Both the position numbers and the translations under genes were made by a program. From positions 1 through 60,920 of the forward strand of contig JASMHR010000001.1 in assembly GCA_030750665.1 (NCBI GenBank): a stretch of DNA of 60,920 nt. Direction: 5' to 3'. The DNA is from Candidatus Poseidoniaceae archaeon. GTDB lineage: Archaea > Thermoplasmatota > Poseidoniia > Poseidoniales > Poseidoniaceae. This document shows positions 18,198 to 28,741 of this stretch, in pieces (the stretch's first letter is position 1; every line of letters begins with the position of its first letter). The notes beneath the pieces are model-generated. The model had not been told where the DNA came from and did not search any database. It saw only the letters and a program-made list of their open reading frames with translations.

Positions 18198-21100
18198 AAC
18201 AACTCCGGAGTCTTTGGTCTCGAATAGAACGTACACCTGACAGCATGAGGTTAGCAGGTCTATCCGCTTGGAGAGGTAAGGAGAGAGGGCTGGCAGTTTT
18301 CGCAGGAGTATTTCTTGCAACATTGGTGATTACCACGGTTTTCGCTTATGGAATTGGGCTTTCTCAGATTTTCTTCCAATCTTCTTTGGAGAATGACCCT
18401 TACGATGCCAAGATTGACCTCGATGCTGAACCTTGGGAGAATAATTCTGGACGAACCAATGACACAGCCCTGTTCTCTTCAATATGTGACGACCTCATGT
18501 CCATGGAGGAGATTGCAGATTGTTCGATGATCTATGGAAGACAAGGAATACGAACCACGGGATTCTTTGATCAAGAGTTTGGTCGGGCTCAGCCATTGAA
18601 CATTGAATCTCTGATCAGCCCAGAAGGAGATTGGGACAATGTTTCCTTAGCATATCCCGAAGCCTTGGAAAGCGGCCCTCCAATCAACGGGGACCGGATA
18701 GTAAGAATTGCAGGACCGGGTTTGTTCGATGGTGAGTTCGCTGAGAGGCATGCTGAGCAGATTCTTTACGGAAGTTGGCCTACACCAGAGGAAGCTGCTG
18801 CAGTGAATGCTGTCGTGCTCCCATCACAACTGGCTAATCAAGCAGGAGCCAGAGTGAATCATACGATTGAAGAGATGACAATCTCATATGTCACTCAATC
18901 GATACGTCTTCCGGGAGAGATTGAAGATTGTTCTGGAACCATACAAGCCAGTGCGGTGGAATATCTGTATTGCAGGGAAGTGATGACAATTAGGAACATG
19001 ACGGTTGTTGGAATCTATGAAGAAGGGCTACTTGCAAATCCCACCTTGTTGTTCAATCCGATTTTCATCTCAGATTCAGTATTGACAGATTCCCAGCAGG
19101 TCATTTTGATGGATAATGATCATGGATATCTTGGAATTGCAGTCGACCGCAGTCAATTACCCACTTCTTCAACCAGTGAGGCTGCAGATTGGCTCACTGA
19201 CCTTGGTGAGAAGATCACAGACAAGAATTACACTTCTGAGGGACTTGAAGTAGTATATACCGATATCAGTGGTGGTACTATTATTTTCTTGAATATATAT
19301 CTTGGATTGATTCAGGTTTTCGATTATATTATCATGATTCCAATCGTGATATTATCGATTTCTGTATTGATCTATGGACTGATACTCTCGCTTGAACAGA
19401 GGCGCAGAGAGGTCTCAATCAATCGAGTGATGGGAGCGACTGCCACTGGATTGCAGAGGATGGTGCTGCTTGAGATATTCGTAATCGCTCTAGCCGGTTG
19501 GACCGCAGGATACCTGTTGGCAATGTGGTTGACGCCATTGGTTCTCGATGCGGTTGGCTTCATGTCGTTCCGTTCTGGTGATTTCGAGGTCGACCCTACC
19601 TTGAGCGTAGGAATGGTGTTCTTTGTCGCCATGTTGACAATAGGCCTAGCCATGTTGTTTGGCCGTTCGCGAACAAAGCAATATTTGGATATGGAGATTG
19701 AGGAAGGAGTTCGCAAGGTATCTACTGTTCGCGAACCACGGAGATGGTTGCATTGGTTGATGTTGAGCATAGGTATTCTAGCAATGTTTGAGAGTTGGAT
19801 TGAGGATGAGGAAGGGTTCGGACCTATCGGTCCTGATGGTCTTCTGGAGAATTTCTTCCTCGATAGTCTGGTGCTCATTTTTGGTCCCTTCTTATTGTGG
19901 ATTGGAGGAGCATTGGTTCTTGCTAGAATAGGTGCTTCGGGTCCGCGTCTGATGCGTGCGATGTTAGGCCGAACTCCATTGTTGAAGGATGTTCGGAGAG
20001 GGTTATCGACATCAAGTTCTTCTGAGGCGATATATCGGCTTGCAGTCATCATGTTACTGACTCTGTCAATAGTGACACTTGCAGCAGTTCAAGGATTCAC
20101 AGGAACATTGGTCGATGAAAGAACTGCAAGTCTACAGACAGGTTCTGATATCCAAGTTCAATTCAATGTTCCATTGACTGAGAATGAGACTCGAGAGGCA
20201 TTAGCGACGGCATTCACTTCTGTAGATTTGAGCGAACCCGCAGACATAGCCATGCTGACCACTGTTCCATTATTGCTGACCAATGAACAAGGTGAGGATA
20301 CGAATTATCTGACTTGGGTCTTGATGGAGAACAATGATGATGTGTTGATGTGGGATTCTCAGTCGATACCTGGTGGTGATGTGAAACAGTTCCAAGATGC
20401 AATATCCAGCGGATATTTCACTTCTGGGAGAGATGTTTCTCGAGACATTGATGTCCCCGACTCCAAGCAGATTCGAAATAGAGATGGTGCAGGCGATTGG
20501 CAGGGCGATGCCGAGGAAGAATTCCTTGTGACACTTGAGTACAATGAAATCAATGTCTTGATAGGTAATGACACTGGAGAAGAGGAATTGGACCTCATGC
20601 TTCTGTTCTCTCTTCTGGATTCAGTCAACAACATGAGTGACATGGATTTCTCCAATGATGATTTCTCTAATAGGGATCTGGGAATGTTCAATCTAACAAT
20701 GACTGATTTCTCTGGTGCAGACTTGTCTGGCGCCAATCTTTCTGGTGCAATTCTCGTATTGACAGACCTTCGTGGTGCGAATCTGTCTGGCGCCAATCTT
20801 TCTGGTGCAGCGATTCTTGCAATGGACCCTAGCAATCCATTTGAGAGTTTGTTAGAGGGCGCTGATTTGACTGGTGCTGATTTGACTGGCGCTTGGGGGC
20901 TGGGTAATCTGTTATCAGCAACACAGTCGAATGAGACAATTTGTCCATCAGGAGAACCTGCAAACGAAACAGGTTGTTCCTTCCCACCAGAATTGAATAT
21001 TCCACTTGAAATCGCTATGGAGTTAGGTAGCGGGATGCAGTTTGACGTGGAAATAGTGACTCGAAATGCTACCGTGAAATATGCCGGCATTCATTCTTGG

Positions 21101-21799
21101 GTCCCGGGCCTTTCCTCCGCTGAAGCAAGTCAAGCATTGATTATTGGAGAGACAACTTGGAGGCAATTGGTAGGTGAAGAAGCAGCCGCCTCATTGAATC
21201 AGACGAGATGGTTCATCAATTTAGGAAGCCTTGCAGATGAGGATGATGGAGAAACATTACGAAAGGTACGAGCGGCTTTGGAGGCCGACACCCGAGTTTC
21301 CAGCGTGGTCGATTGGTCGAGTACTCACAGAGATGTGGAACGTAATGGTGGATTGATATTTGGAACACCAGGGTTGTTGAGTCTACAGTTCGTTGTTGCA
21401 TCGATGGCCAGTATCGCTTCAGCATTCGTCTTCCTCTCATTGGTTTTGAGCCAGAAAAAGAAGGACCTCGCCATTCTACAAGCCATTGGAGCAAGTCCAA
21501 ATCAAGTCATCAGATTGACACTGTTTGAGATTCTATCTATTGTTCTGGTCAGCATGGTTCTAGGTGTGATTCTAGGTGTTGGCATTTCTCGAGCATTCAA
21601 CGGATTCTTTGCAATATTTGGATTCATCTTCCAGATATTTGGAGGTACCAGCACTCCGATAAATCGTGAATTGATCTGGCCATGGTGGGAATTGTTGTTG
21701 GTCAATGGAACCGTGATGTTGGTTGTGGTGGTGGCACTCTTCTTCACCACTCGTAGAGCATTGAAGGCGGACCTTTCCATGGTTCTGAAGGGGGAGTGA
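18194..21799 (+). CDS. FtsX/MacB-type ABC permease (duplicated) with a pentapeptide-repeat insertion
   Basis: Two FtsX modules (RRREVSI.RVMGA and KKKDLAILQAIGASPNQV) with large extracytoplasmic loops; A(D/N)LSG repeats. Confidence 0.88.
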   Translation: MKQLRSLWSRIERTPDSMRLAGLSAWRGKERGLAVFAGVFLATLVITTVFAYGIGLSQIFFQSSLENDPYDAKIDLDAEPWENNSGRTNDTALFSSICDDLMSMEEIADCSMIYGRQGIRTTGFFDQEFGRAQPLNIESLISPEGDWDNVSLAYPEALESGPPINGDRIVRIAGPGLFDGEFAERHAEQILYGSWPTPEEAAAVNAVVLPSQLANQAGARVNHTIEEMTISYVTQSIRLPGEIEDCSGTIQASAVEYLYCREVMTIRNMTVVGIYEEGLLANPTLLFNPIFISDSVLTDSQQVILMDNDHGYLGIAVDRSQLPTSSTSEAADWLTDLGEKITDKNYTSEGLEVVYTDISGGTIIFLNIYLGLIQVFDYIIMIPIVILSISVLIYGLILSLEQRRREVSINRVMGATATGLQRMVLLEIFVIALAGWTAGYLLAMWLTPLVLDAVGFMSFRSGDFEVDPTLSVGMVFFVAMLTIGLAMLFGRSRTKQYLDMEIEEGVRKVSTVREPRRWLHWLMLSIGILAMFESWIEDEEGFGPIGPDGLLENFFLDSLVLIFGPFLLWIGGALVLARIGASGPRLMRAMLGRTPLLKDVRRGLSTSSSSEAIYRLAVIMLLTLSIVTLAAVQGFTGTLVDERTASLQTGSDIQVQFNVPLTENETREALATAFTSVDLSEPADIAMLTTVPLLLTNEQGEDTNYLTWVLMENNDDVLMWDSQSIPGGDVKQFQDAISSGYFTSGRDVSRDIDVPDSKQIRNRDGAGDWQGDAEEEFLVTLEYNEINVLIGNDTGEEELDLMLLFSLLDSVNNMSDMDFSNDDFSNRDLGMFNLTMTDFSGADLSGANLSGAILVLTDLRGANLSGANLSGAAILAMDPSNPFESLLEGADLTGADLTGAWGLGNLLSATQSNETICPSGEPANETGCSFPPELNIPLEIAMELGSGMQFDVEIVTRNATVKYAGIHSWVPGLSSAEASQALIIGETTWRQLVGEEAAASLNQTRWFINLGSLADEDDGETLRKVRAALEADTRVSSVVDWSSTHRDVERNGGLIFGTPGLLSLQFVVASMASIASAFVFLSLVLSQKKKDLAILQAIGASPNQVIRLTLFEILSIVLVSMVLGVILGVGISRAFNGFFAIFGFIFQIFGGTSTPINRELIWPWWELLLVNGTVMLVVVVALFFTTRRALKADLSMVLKGE
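20640..20895 (+). repeat. Pentapeptide-repeat coding region with exact DNA repeats
   Basis: tgtctggcgccaatctttctggtgca at 20724-20749 and 20784-20809; gctgatttgactgg at 20861 and 20876. Confidence 0.9.
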
Positions 21800-22794
21800 A
21801 GATGACTGTGGAAGATATTCTGGTGGCTGATTACCTCTATCACATCTACGAATCCAAGGCTGAAGATGGGAATGTAGTCGCTCTTCGAGGATTACATTGT
21901 AGAGTGAAGAAGGGCGAAGCAGTTGCAGTGGTTGGCCCATCAGGTTCGGGGAAATCCACGTTGTTGAAATGTCTTGGAGGATTGATGAAACCTTCCTCAG
22001 GTTTCGTATCATTGGCTGGTAATAACATGACTAGATTGACTGGAAAAGAGTTGGTTGAGTTGAGGCAACGTACCGTTTCATTCATTTTCCAAGAAGGAAA
22101 TCTACTACCCAATCTTTCAGCATTGGATAATGTCGCTCAACCTCTCAGACATCAAGGCGTTTCCCCGAGAATCGCTAAAGCGAAGGCTAGAGAGATGTTG
22201 AAGGATCTATCAATGGAACATAGGGCAAAAGCCCGTCCTGCCATGTTGAGTGGTGGAGAGCAACAGAGAGTAGCCATAGCAAGGGCCCTGATCACTGAAC
22301 CGAAACTGATTCTTGCGGATGAACCAACAGGCGCTCTGGATCCTGTGACCAGTGTACAAGTACTCGACATCTTCAAGGAATTACATGAGAAGAAAGAAGT
22401 GGCTTTCTTGATAGTCACTCATAGCAGAGAAGTTGCTGATTTCGCAGATAGAATCCTTGAATTGAGGGATGGAAGATTCGTTGCACAGCGAGGTGGCGAT
22501 GTGGATCTATCAGACCTTGAAGCAGGGGAGAGAGAGATATTCATGGATGAGTTGGGAACCTTGAATCTACCCCCAGATATTGTTCTTCAGATGGGTGGGA
22601 GTGGTTCATACAGGGTAGATGAGTTGACAACTGGTAAACTCACTCTGGTCAATGTTGACACTTCGACCCTCAACTCAGTTGATTCTGTATTAAGGTTGGT
22701 TGATGATTGTCCAGCCTGTGGTTTCACTTATTCCAATGAAGAGACGTTACTGTGTCCGGAATGCGGTTCCAGTAGGCCGAAGGTCAGTGCTTGA
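21796..22794 (+). CDS. ABC ATP-binding protein with C-terminal AbrB-like and zinc-ribbon extension
   Basis: [22 protein letters not shown] and DEPTG motifs; tail contains [10 protein letters not shown] and CPACG...CPECG. Confidence 0.9.
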   Translation: MKMTVEDILVADYLYHIYESKAEDGNVVALRGLHCRVKKGEAVAVVGPSGSGKSTLLKCLGGLMKPSSGFVSLAGNNMTRLTGKELVELRQRTVSFIFQEGNLLPNLSALDNVAQPLRHQGVSPRIAKAKAREMLKDLSMEHRAKARPAMLSGGEQQRVAIARALITEPKLILADEPTGALDPVTSVQVLDIFKELHEKKEVAFLIVTHSREVADFADRILELRDGRFVAQRGGDVDLSDLEAGEREIFMDELGTLNLPPDIVLQMGGSGSYRVDELTTGKLTLVNVDTSTLNSVDSVLRLVDDCPACGFTYSNEETLLCPECGSSRPKVSA

Positions 22795-24022
22795 GCGCCG
22801 CTTCCAAGCGGTCCATTGCTGCTTCGATATCATCACACCCGACCGCACCGACTGAGATTCGGAACCAGCCACTCTCCTCTTCGAGTCCAAAGGCTTGGAA
22901 TGGAACCACTGCGATACCAACTTCATTCAGTAGCCACAGCCTGATTTCCTCATTTGTTTTCGCTCCAATCTTGTCGAAGAGGTTGAATCTTGTGCTGAGA
23001 TAGATGCCTCCTTGCGGCTCCACGAAATCAACAAGAGGTCGCATCTCTGACAACCTGCGTTTCAGGATTTCCATACGCACATGAATCCTTTCATCAAGGT
23101 CGGAGAAATAGGCATCAAGGCCATCATGGTCTTCGAACAATCCTGCAACTGCTGCCTGAATTGGCCGTGCAGGCCATGCTCCCATGTGCCCTATCAGCGC
23201 CACTACAGGAGCCGCCAAAGATGGTGGTATGGCCATCCACCCCAGTCGTAATCCCGTTCCAGTGAGTGATTTTGAGATTGCATCCAAAGTGACCGTGTAG
23301 TCGAACATCTCCTGTCTCAATTGAACTGGATGAACATGTTCTACACCAGGCGCAGTCATCGTGGCATAGACTTGATCATAAATCAACATGACAGGCTTTT
23401 GACCATCATTCCTACGTTCTGCGTTCTCGTGGAGTATCACATCACAGATGGCTCCGAGTTCTTCTGCGCTGAAACATGTGCCAGTCGGATTCAGAGGTGA
23501 ATTCAGAATCAGTACTCGGATTCGATGAATTTCTTTTTCCAACTGTGCTGCAGTAGGTAGAAAACGTGATTCTGCATTACCTACCAGCGGAATACCCTCT
23601 GAGTCATTGAGATGCACGTAGTAGTGGTTATTCCATGCTGGAACACCATATGCGAAGCCATCGCCTGGTTCTAGGAACAACCTGAATGAGGCGTACAGGA
23701 CTGGTCTGGCTCCAGAACCAACGATGATTCCTTCAGCACCAACATCGAGTTCGTATCTTTGCTTCATCCATTCAGCCAGAGCCGTTCTCAATTCTGCCAG
23801 TCCTGCTGCTGGAGGATAGTTGGTCTGACCTTCATCTAGAGCCTGATGGGCGAGTTCCACAAATTTTTGTGGTACTTCAAAGTGAAGTGGAGAAAAATCT
23901 CCCACTGTGAAAGGTGCAACCTCTTTTCCTTCAGCGATCATCTTTCGCACACTGCCAGCAATGGAAAGGATACGACTTCCCTCCATGTTCTGAGCCATTT
24001 CGGATAACCTTTCATCCTCCAT
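22784..24022 (-). CDS. Class I/II PLP-dependent aminotransferase (aspartate aminotransferase-like)
   Basis: YPP..G..ELR, NSPLNPTG, DQVY, SKS..GTGLRLGW and W.RIS motifs. Confidence 0.92.
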   Translation of the reverse strand: MEDERLSEMAQNMEGSRILSIAGSVRKMIAEGKEVAPFTVGDFSPLHFEVPQKFVELAHQALDEGQTNYPPAAGLAELRTALAEWMKQRYELDVGAEGIIVGSGARPVLYASFRLFLEPGDGFAYGVPAWNNHYYVHLNDSEGIPLVGNAESRFLPTAAQLEKEIHRIRVLILNSPLNPTGTCFSAEELGAICDVILHENAERRNDGQKPVMLIYDQVYATMTAPGVEHVHPVQLRQEMFDYTVTLDAISKSLTGTGLRLGWMAIPPSLAAPVVALIGHMGAWPARPIQAAVAGLFEDHDGLDAYFSDLDERIHVRMEILKRRLSEMRPLVDFVEPQGGIYLSTRFNLFDKIGAKTNEEIRLWLLNEVGIAVVPFQAFGLEEESGWFRISVGAVGCDDIEAAMDRLEAALKH

Positions 24023-24068
24023 GTCGCCGTGCAAGCGTGAACAGTTCATGACCTCTCCTGAAATCCAT

Positions 24069-25352
24069 TCAGGCGTGTTTCATGCAATCTTCAAGCAATC
24101 TCTGTAAAGCATCGGCTTGAACTTTGAGAGTGAAACCCTTCTCTACATATGAGCGTCCATTCTTTGCCCATTCCTTCCTTGCCGAAGGCTCTTTGGCAGT
24201 TTTGTAAGCATTATTCCATGCGTGTTCATCTCCACGCGGTAGAAGTAGCCCTGAATTGGCCTTGCTCATCGTATTATGAAACCCGCCCTCATCCACGAAT
24301 AATGCAGGGGTTCCAACCAACATCGCTTCAAGAGGAGTGAGTCCAAACGGTTCTCCATGGGCATGTGAGACCATTGCAACTGCTCCACGGACCAATTTTC
24401 TGAGTTGTGGTAATTCCAACCGAGGCATACACTTCAATGGGACTCCCAGCCTATTCGCTTCTGCCTGCAAGAGTTTCTTGTCTTTCTCATCCCCTCCGCC
24501 TATCTGTACCATTCCTAGCCCTGTACCTTTCAGAGATTGCAGAGTCTCCCAAGTTCCTTTGGCATGCGAGATGCGCCCCACTGTAGTCACATATTCATCA
24601 GCGACAGAGGGAAAGGAGATGTGCTCATCATCCTCATTTTCGGGCCAATCTGAGAGGTCTACCACATGCATCAGTACAGTAGGGCCACCGCACAATCCAT
24701 TATTGCGAGATGCAGGTTCTCCATTTTCCAGTTCGGAGTCATGTTTGAGGCCATAGATTCTAGAAAGTTGAGATTGAATCCAATGGCTGTTCCCACTGAT
24801 GGCTGTACCTCGTCGAGAAAGTAGTCCGTTTACCAGAGAGATGTCATTATTGCGTTGCTTTCTGAAAAGGAATCTACTGATCCAACCTGGGCGTTTCAGA
24901 GTTCCATCGATTCGTTTGTGCAGTACATCTTCGTGTAACCAACGTGGAGGCTCAAGGCAGTGGTAATGGATTCCAATACCTTGAGGTATCAGGGGTAGGA
25001 TCTCAAGGCTCCCGCGAGAAACTGAGAGGTGGACAACGTCTGTTGAAGCAATGGCTTCTCTCAAACCAGAGATGCCACCCCATTCCTTGGTTGCGGCCTT
25101 TGACTCAGTGCCTCTTATCTCGGCTGATGCGCCGCTAGGTGGAGTGTAGGTCTTATCAGGTTTCAAAATCCTGATATCGAGACCAGCAGCCAGTTCTTGC
25201 GCATGCTTTGGGAATTGTAACGTAGCAAGTGTCAGGTCCCACCTTTTCGACCATTCTCTGAACACGGTCAACAATTCTCTTTCCGCACCCCCCAAAGAAG
25301 CGAACGAAGCGCGTACAACAAGCAACTTCAGTCGCCCATCGTCAGTGGCCAT
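24069..25352 (-). CDS. Glycosyltransferase family 4
   Basis: GGAER, VGRI...KG and EPFGLTPLEAM motifs. Confidence 0.9.
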   Translation of the reverse strand: MATDDGRLKLLVVRASFASLGGAERELLTVFREWSKRWDLTLATLQFPKHAQELAAGLDIRILKPDKTYTPPSGASAEIRGTESKAATKEWGGISGLREAIASTDVVHLSVSRGSLEILPLIPQGIGIHYHCLEPPRWLHEDVLHKRIDGTLKRPGWISRFLFRKQRNNDISLVNGLLSRRGTAISGNSHWIQSQLSRIYGLKHDSELENGEPASRNNGLCGGPTVLMHVVDLSDWPENEDDEHISFPSVADEYVTTVGRISHAKGTWETLQSLKGTGLGMVQIGGGDEKDKKLLQAEANRLGVPLKCMPRLELPQLRKLVRGAVAMVSHAHGEPFGLTPLEAMLVGTPALFVDEGGFHNTMSKANSGLLLPRGDEHAWNNAYKTAKEPSARKEWAKNGRSYVEKGFTLKVQADALQRLLEDCMKHA

Positions 25353-25460
25353 ATCTGCGCGAGGTTGCCCATCCACCTATGAAACCGGCGTGGTCAGGTT
25401 GCTCAACCTGCCGAGTTATCTCGTCATTCCATTGAAAAGGGGAACCGGAGTGGACGCACT

Positions 25461-26528
25461 ATGTCCGAAGGCAAAGTCGCTCTGATTACAGGGGTCACAG
25501 GGCAAGACGGATCTTATCTCTCAGAATTGTTGTTGAATAAGGGCTATGAGGTCTATGGACTGGTTCGCAGGACCAGTCAACCGACTCTAGGCAGGTCTCT
25601 GATAAATCATCTGAATTCAAATGAGAAATTCCATCTGATAAATGGAGATCTTACTGATCAGGCGAGTATTGACAATGCAATCAAAGAAGTTCAACCGGAT
25701 GAATTCTACAATCTTGGGGCTCAGTCCTTTGTTCCAGAATCTTGGCGTTCGCCCCTGATGACTGCAGATGTCACAGGAATGGGTTCGCTTCGCTGCCTTG
25801 AGGCACTGAAGCGCAACAAACCTGATTGCCGATATTACCAAGCTGGTTCTTCAGAGCAATTTGGTGAGGTGCGAGAGATTCCACAGACGGAATTGACACC
25901 TTTCCACCCCCGTTCTCCATATGGTTGTGCAAAGGTTTTCGCTTTCGAGATAACCAGAAATTATCGTGAATCATATGGATTGTTTGCTTGTACTGGGATT
26001 CTCTTCAATCATGAGAGTCCCCGTCGGGGATTGGAATTCGTCACTCGGAAGGTGACAATGACTGCTGCTAGAATCGCTGCCGGCTTCGATGAGTACCTAT
26101 CGATTGGGAATGTGGATGCCAAGCGAGATTGGGGTTATGCTGGTGATTATGTTGAGATGCAATGGCGAATGTTGCAACAAGATGAACCGGATGATTACGT
26201 CATTGCAACTGGAGAAACCCACTCAGTGAAGGAGTTCATCGACCTTGCCTTCCACCATGTAGGAATGGAATTGACTTGGGAAGGCGAAGGAGTTGACAGA
26301 ATCGCAAAGGATCAGAATGGAGTGGTGCGCGTACGTACCAACCCCAAGTTCTTCCGGCCGGCTGAAGTGGAGTTGCTGATTGGAAAATATGACAAGGCCG
26401 AGGCCGCTTTGGGTTGGAAACCTAGTGTCACATTCACCGGTTTGGTTCAGATGATGGTGGACTCAGATGTCGCACTGGTGGCCGAGGCCAAAGAACGAGG
26501 CTATGCTCCACCAATGCCACCAGAGTGA
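25461..26528 (+). CDS. gmd: GDP-mannose 4,6-dehydratase
   Basis: ALITGVTGQDGSYL, YNLGAQSFV, SSEQFG, PRSPYG.AK, GILFNHESPRRG.EFVTRK and RDWG motifs. Confidence 0.97.
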   Translation: MSEGKVALITGVTGQDGSYLSELLLNKGYEVYGLVRRTSQPTLGRSLINHLNSNEKFHLINGDLTDQASIDNAIKEVQPDEFYNLGAQSFVPESWRSPLMTADVTGMGSLRCLEALKRNKPDCRYYQAGSSEQFGEVREIPQTELTPFHPRSPYGCAKVFAFEITRNYRESYGLFACTGILFNHESPRRGLEFVTRKVTMTAARIAAGFDEYLSIGNVDAKRDWGYAGDYVEMQWRMLQQDEPDDYVIATGETHSVKEFIDLAFHHVGMELTWEGEGVDRIAKDQNGVVRVRTNPKFFRPAEVELLIGKYDKAEAALGWKPSVTFTGLVQMMVDSDVALVAEAKERGYAPPMPPE

Positions 26529-26529
26529 T

Positions 26530-27600
26530 TCAGAACATTGAATCCCAAGCGTTGGCCATATTCCTGCAATAGGCTTCCTTGGAGAATTGTTCGGCTTTGT
26601 TGAGTGATTCCTGACAGCGACCTGTTGGTAAGTTCTTGATGGTCTGCTTCCAGACTTGGGGGTCGTCGATGGGCTGTAGGTAGGATGTGGGTGGAATTTC
26701 ATTGGCAGAACCTGCATCTGCCACCAATGCTCTGGTACCTCCAGCCATCGCTTCAAGCGGCGGGTATCCGAAGCCCTCAGCAATGCTTGGGAACAGCAGT
26801 GCATCTGCATGCTGCCACGCTGCAATGAGATCCATTTCAGACACTCTTCCTCTCCAACGCATATCGATACCATGGGTTGCAGCCAGCGCTTTGAGATATC
26901 TTTCTGCATCAGAATCTGATTCTGCACCTATCTTGTGAAGAATAACTCCTTTCAGGCCCTTGCATGATTGAATGGCGAAATCAAGCCTTTTGCGAGGTTC
27001 TTCTGAACCAACCAAGAGCAGATGTTTGCCCGCTTCATTCATCCATGCGGGCGCATTCATTGGATTTTCAACTGGATGTCTGTCAGAAAGGTCAAGGCCC
27101 AGCGGAACACAGGTGCTGGCAACATCAGGAAAATACTCCTTGGCCTCAAGCAATGTTGCTTTTGAATCACAAATCAGTAGGTCGGCTCGATTCAAACCAG
27201 CCTTCAGTTTAGCGATATCCTTACGCCTGACCGGTCCTGGTTTCTGTTCTCCAACATCTATTCCCTCGACGACTCTTGGATACAGATGAAAGAGGTCGTG
27301 GACAGTGACTGAAACCGGTACCTGACAATTATCGGGAACTAGATGAGCCTGCTCCTGATCGCTGATATGGAGCATGTCCATCAGGGGTAATGTGCGCTTG
27401 ACTCTGGCAGGATTCGAACGCCATCGTCTATTGATTCTGGTGGCAGGATTACCACCGAGTTCGTGTTCTACAACACCTCCAACCGCATAACCTTCGATGC
27501 AATCGGTATCAAGGGCCGTCACTAGGTCATGATGTGCTCGACCAAGACCTGAGGCAGAGCCAACCGCTCCACCTCTGGCAACGAGAACATTGCGCACCAT
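26530..27600 (-). CDS. Glycosyltransferase family 4
   Basis: VTVHDL, VGS..PRK and FPSIAEGFGYPPLEAMA motifs. Confidence 0.9.
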   Translation of the reverse strand: MVRNVLVARGGAVGSASGLGRAHHDLVTALDTDCIEGYAVGGVVEHELGGNPATRINRRWRSNPARVKRTLPLMDMLHISDQEQAHLVPDNCQVPVSVTVHDLFHLYPRVVEGIDVGEQKPGPVRRKDIAKLKAGLNRADLLICDSKATLLEAKEYFPDVASTCVPLGLDLSDRHPVENPMNAPAWMNEAGKHLLLVGSEEPRKRLDFAIQSCKGLKGVILHKIGAESDSDAERYLKALAATHGIDMRWRGRVSEMDLIAAWQHADALLFPSIAEGFGYPPLEAMAGGTRALVADAGSANEIPPTSYLQPIDDPQVWKQTIKNLPTGRCQESLNKAEQFSKEAYCRNMANAWDSMF

Positions 27601-27653
27601 GTCTTCGCCAACATACGCTGCATTTCAAACGCTGCTATCACAGATAGTGGTTA

Positions 27654-28658
27654 TCACACGAGTGGCAGGTGTTTCACTGGAGGGGCGATTCCAAGATCCT
27701 TCGGGAATTCCATCTCTCTTTCAGGGATTGGAATGGGAATAATCTCCTTGCCGACCAATGCCACGCGACTGGGGGGGGAGTCATCGAGCACCTTGCGTCC
27801 AACCATCGGCGCTAATTCTTCACTGAATTTGAGAATGTCATCATGGCTTGGCATATTGTCGATCGACATCACCTCTCTGCTGTGTCCGACGAATACATAG
27901 CCCTTGCATTCGATGAAATCGGGGTCTGCTCGGTTATCCAGTGCAGCATATTGTGGAATATGTTGCGTGGCCATGTTCTCACCTTTGACCAAGGTATGTC
28001 TACAGACGATACGAGTATCAAGACTGGGAAGGAGGTCGATGGTCTGCTCGAATTTTTCCCATGCTCCACTATTCCACTTTGGTTTGCATATCTTTTCGAA
28101 CACCTTTTTGTTTGGAGCATCAACACTGACATAGAGTTGAGTTGGCAAGGTGTCGAGGTTCTCCAATGCCTTGGGTAACGTTCCATTGGTCACCAGCATG
28201 GTGGTCATGCCATGTTTGTGGCACAGTTCGATGTATTCGCTAAGTTTGGTGTATAGAGTCGGCTCTCCATTGAGTGAAATGGCGACATGCCGAGGGTTCT
28301 GGGCTTCGATGTATTTCTCGGGAGTCACACCAATATTCCCACCATATCCCGTTAGCAGGCGCCTTTGCGCACGCACGCTTTCGTAGAGTAGTTCCTTTGG
28401 CTCTTGGTCCGTCAATTCTAGTGTGTCCATGTGAGGTTCACGCCAGCAATAGGAACAGGCTAGATTACATTGGTCAACAACGGGACTCATCTGTAGACAA
28501 TCATGACTCTCGATGCCGTAGAATTTGCCCTTGTAGCACTGGCGATCCCTCAGAAGACTCTCTTTGGTCCAGTGGCATATCTTGACACCACCGTGTTCAC
28601 CGACGATATGGTAGCGCTGCTTCTGGAGTTTTGCCTTGAGTGCAGAATCCATGCCCAT
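27654..28658 (-). CDS. tyw1: 4-demethylwyosine synthase Tyw1/Taw1 (radical SAM)
   Basis: VKICHWTK, CYK.KFYGI.SH.CLQMSP, CNLACSYCWR, AISL.GEPTLY and QLYVS.DA motifs. Confidence 0.95.
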   Translation of the reverse strand: MGMDSALKAKLQKQRYHIVGEHGGVKICHWTKESLLRDRQCYKGKFYGIESHDCLQMSPVVDQCNLACSYCWREPHMDTLELTDQEPKELLYESVRAQRRLLTGYGGNIGVTPEKYIEAQNPRHVAISLNGEPTLYTKLSEYIELCHKHGMTTMLVTNGTLPKALENLDTLPTQLYVSVDAPNKKVFEKICKPKWNSGAWEKFEQTIDLLPSLDTRIVCRHTLVKGENMATQHIPQYAALDNRADPDFIECKGYVFVGHSREVMSIDNMPSHDDILKFSEELAPMVGRKVLDDSPPSRVALVGKEIIPIPIPEREMEFPKDLGIAPPVKHLPLV

Positions 28659-28741
28659 GGTATCACATCCTGAGTCCGGATTCCTCAGAGGGGCCGGCTC
28701 GAACACTTCGGCGAGAAGTCATTTGCTCTTGAAAGCAACCC

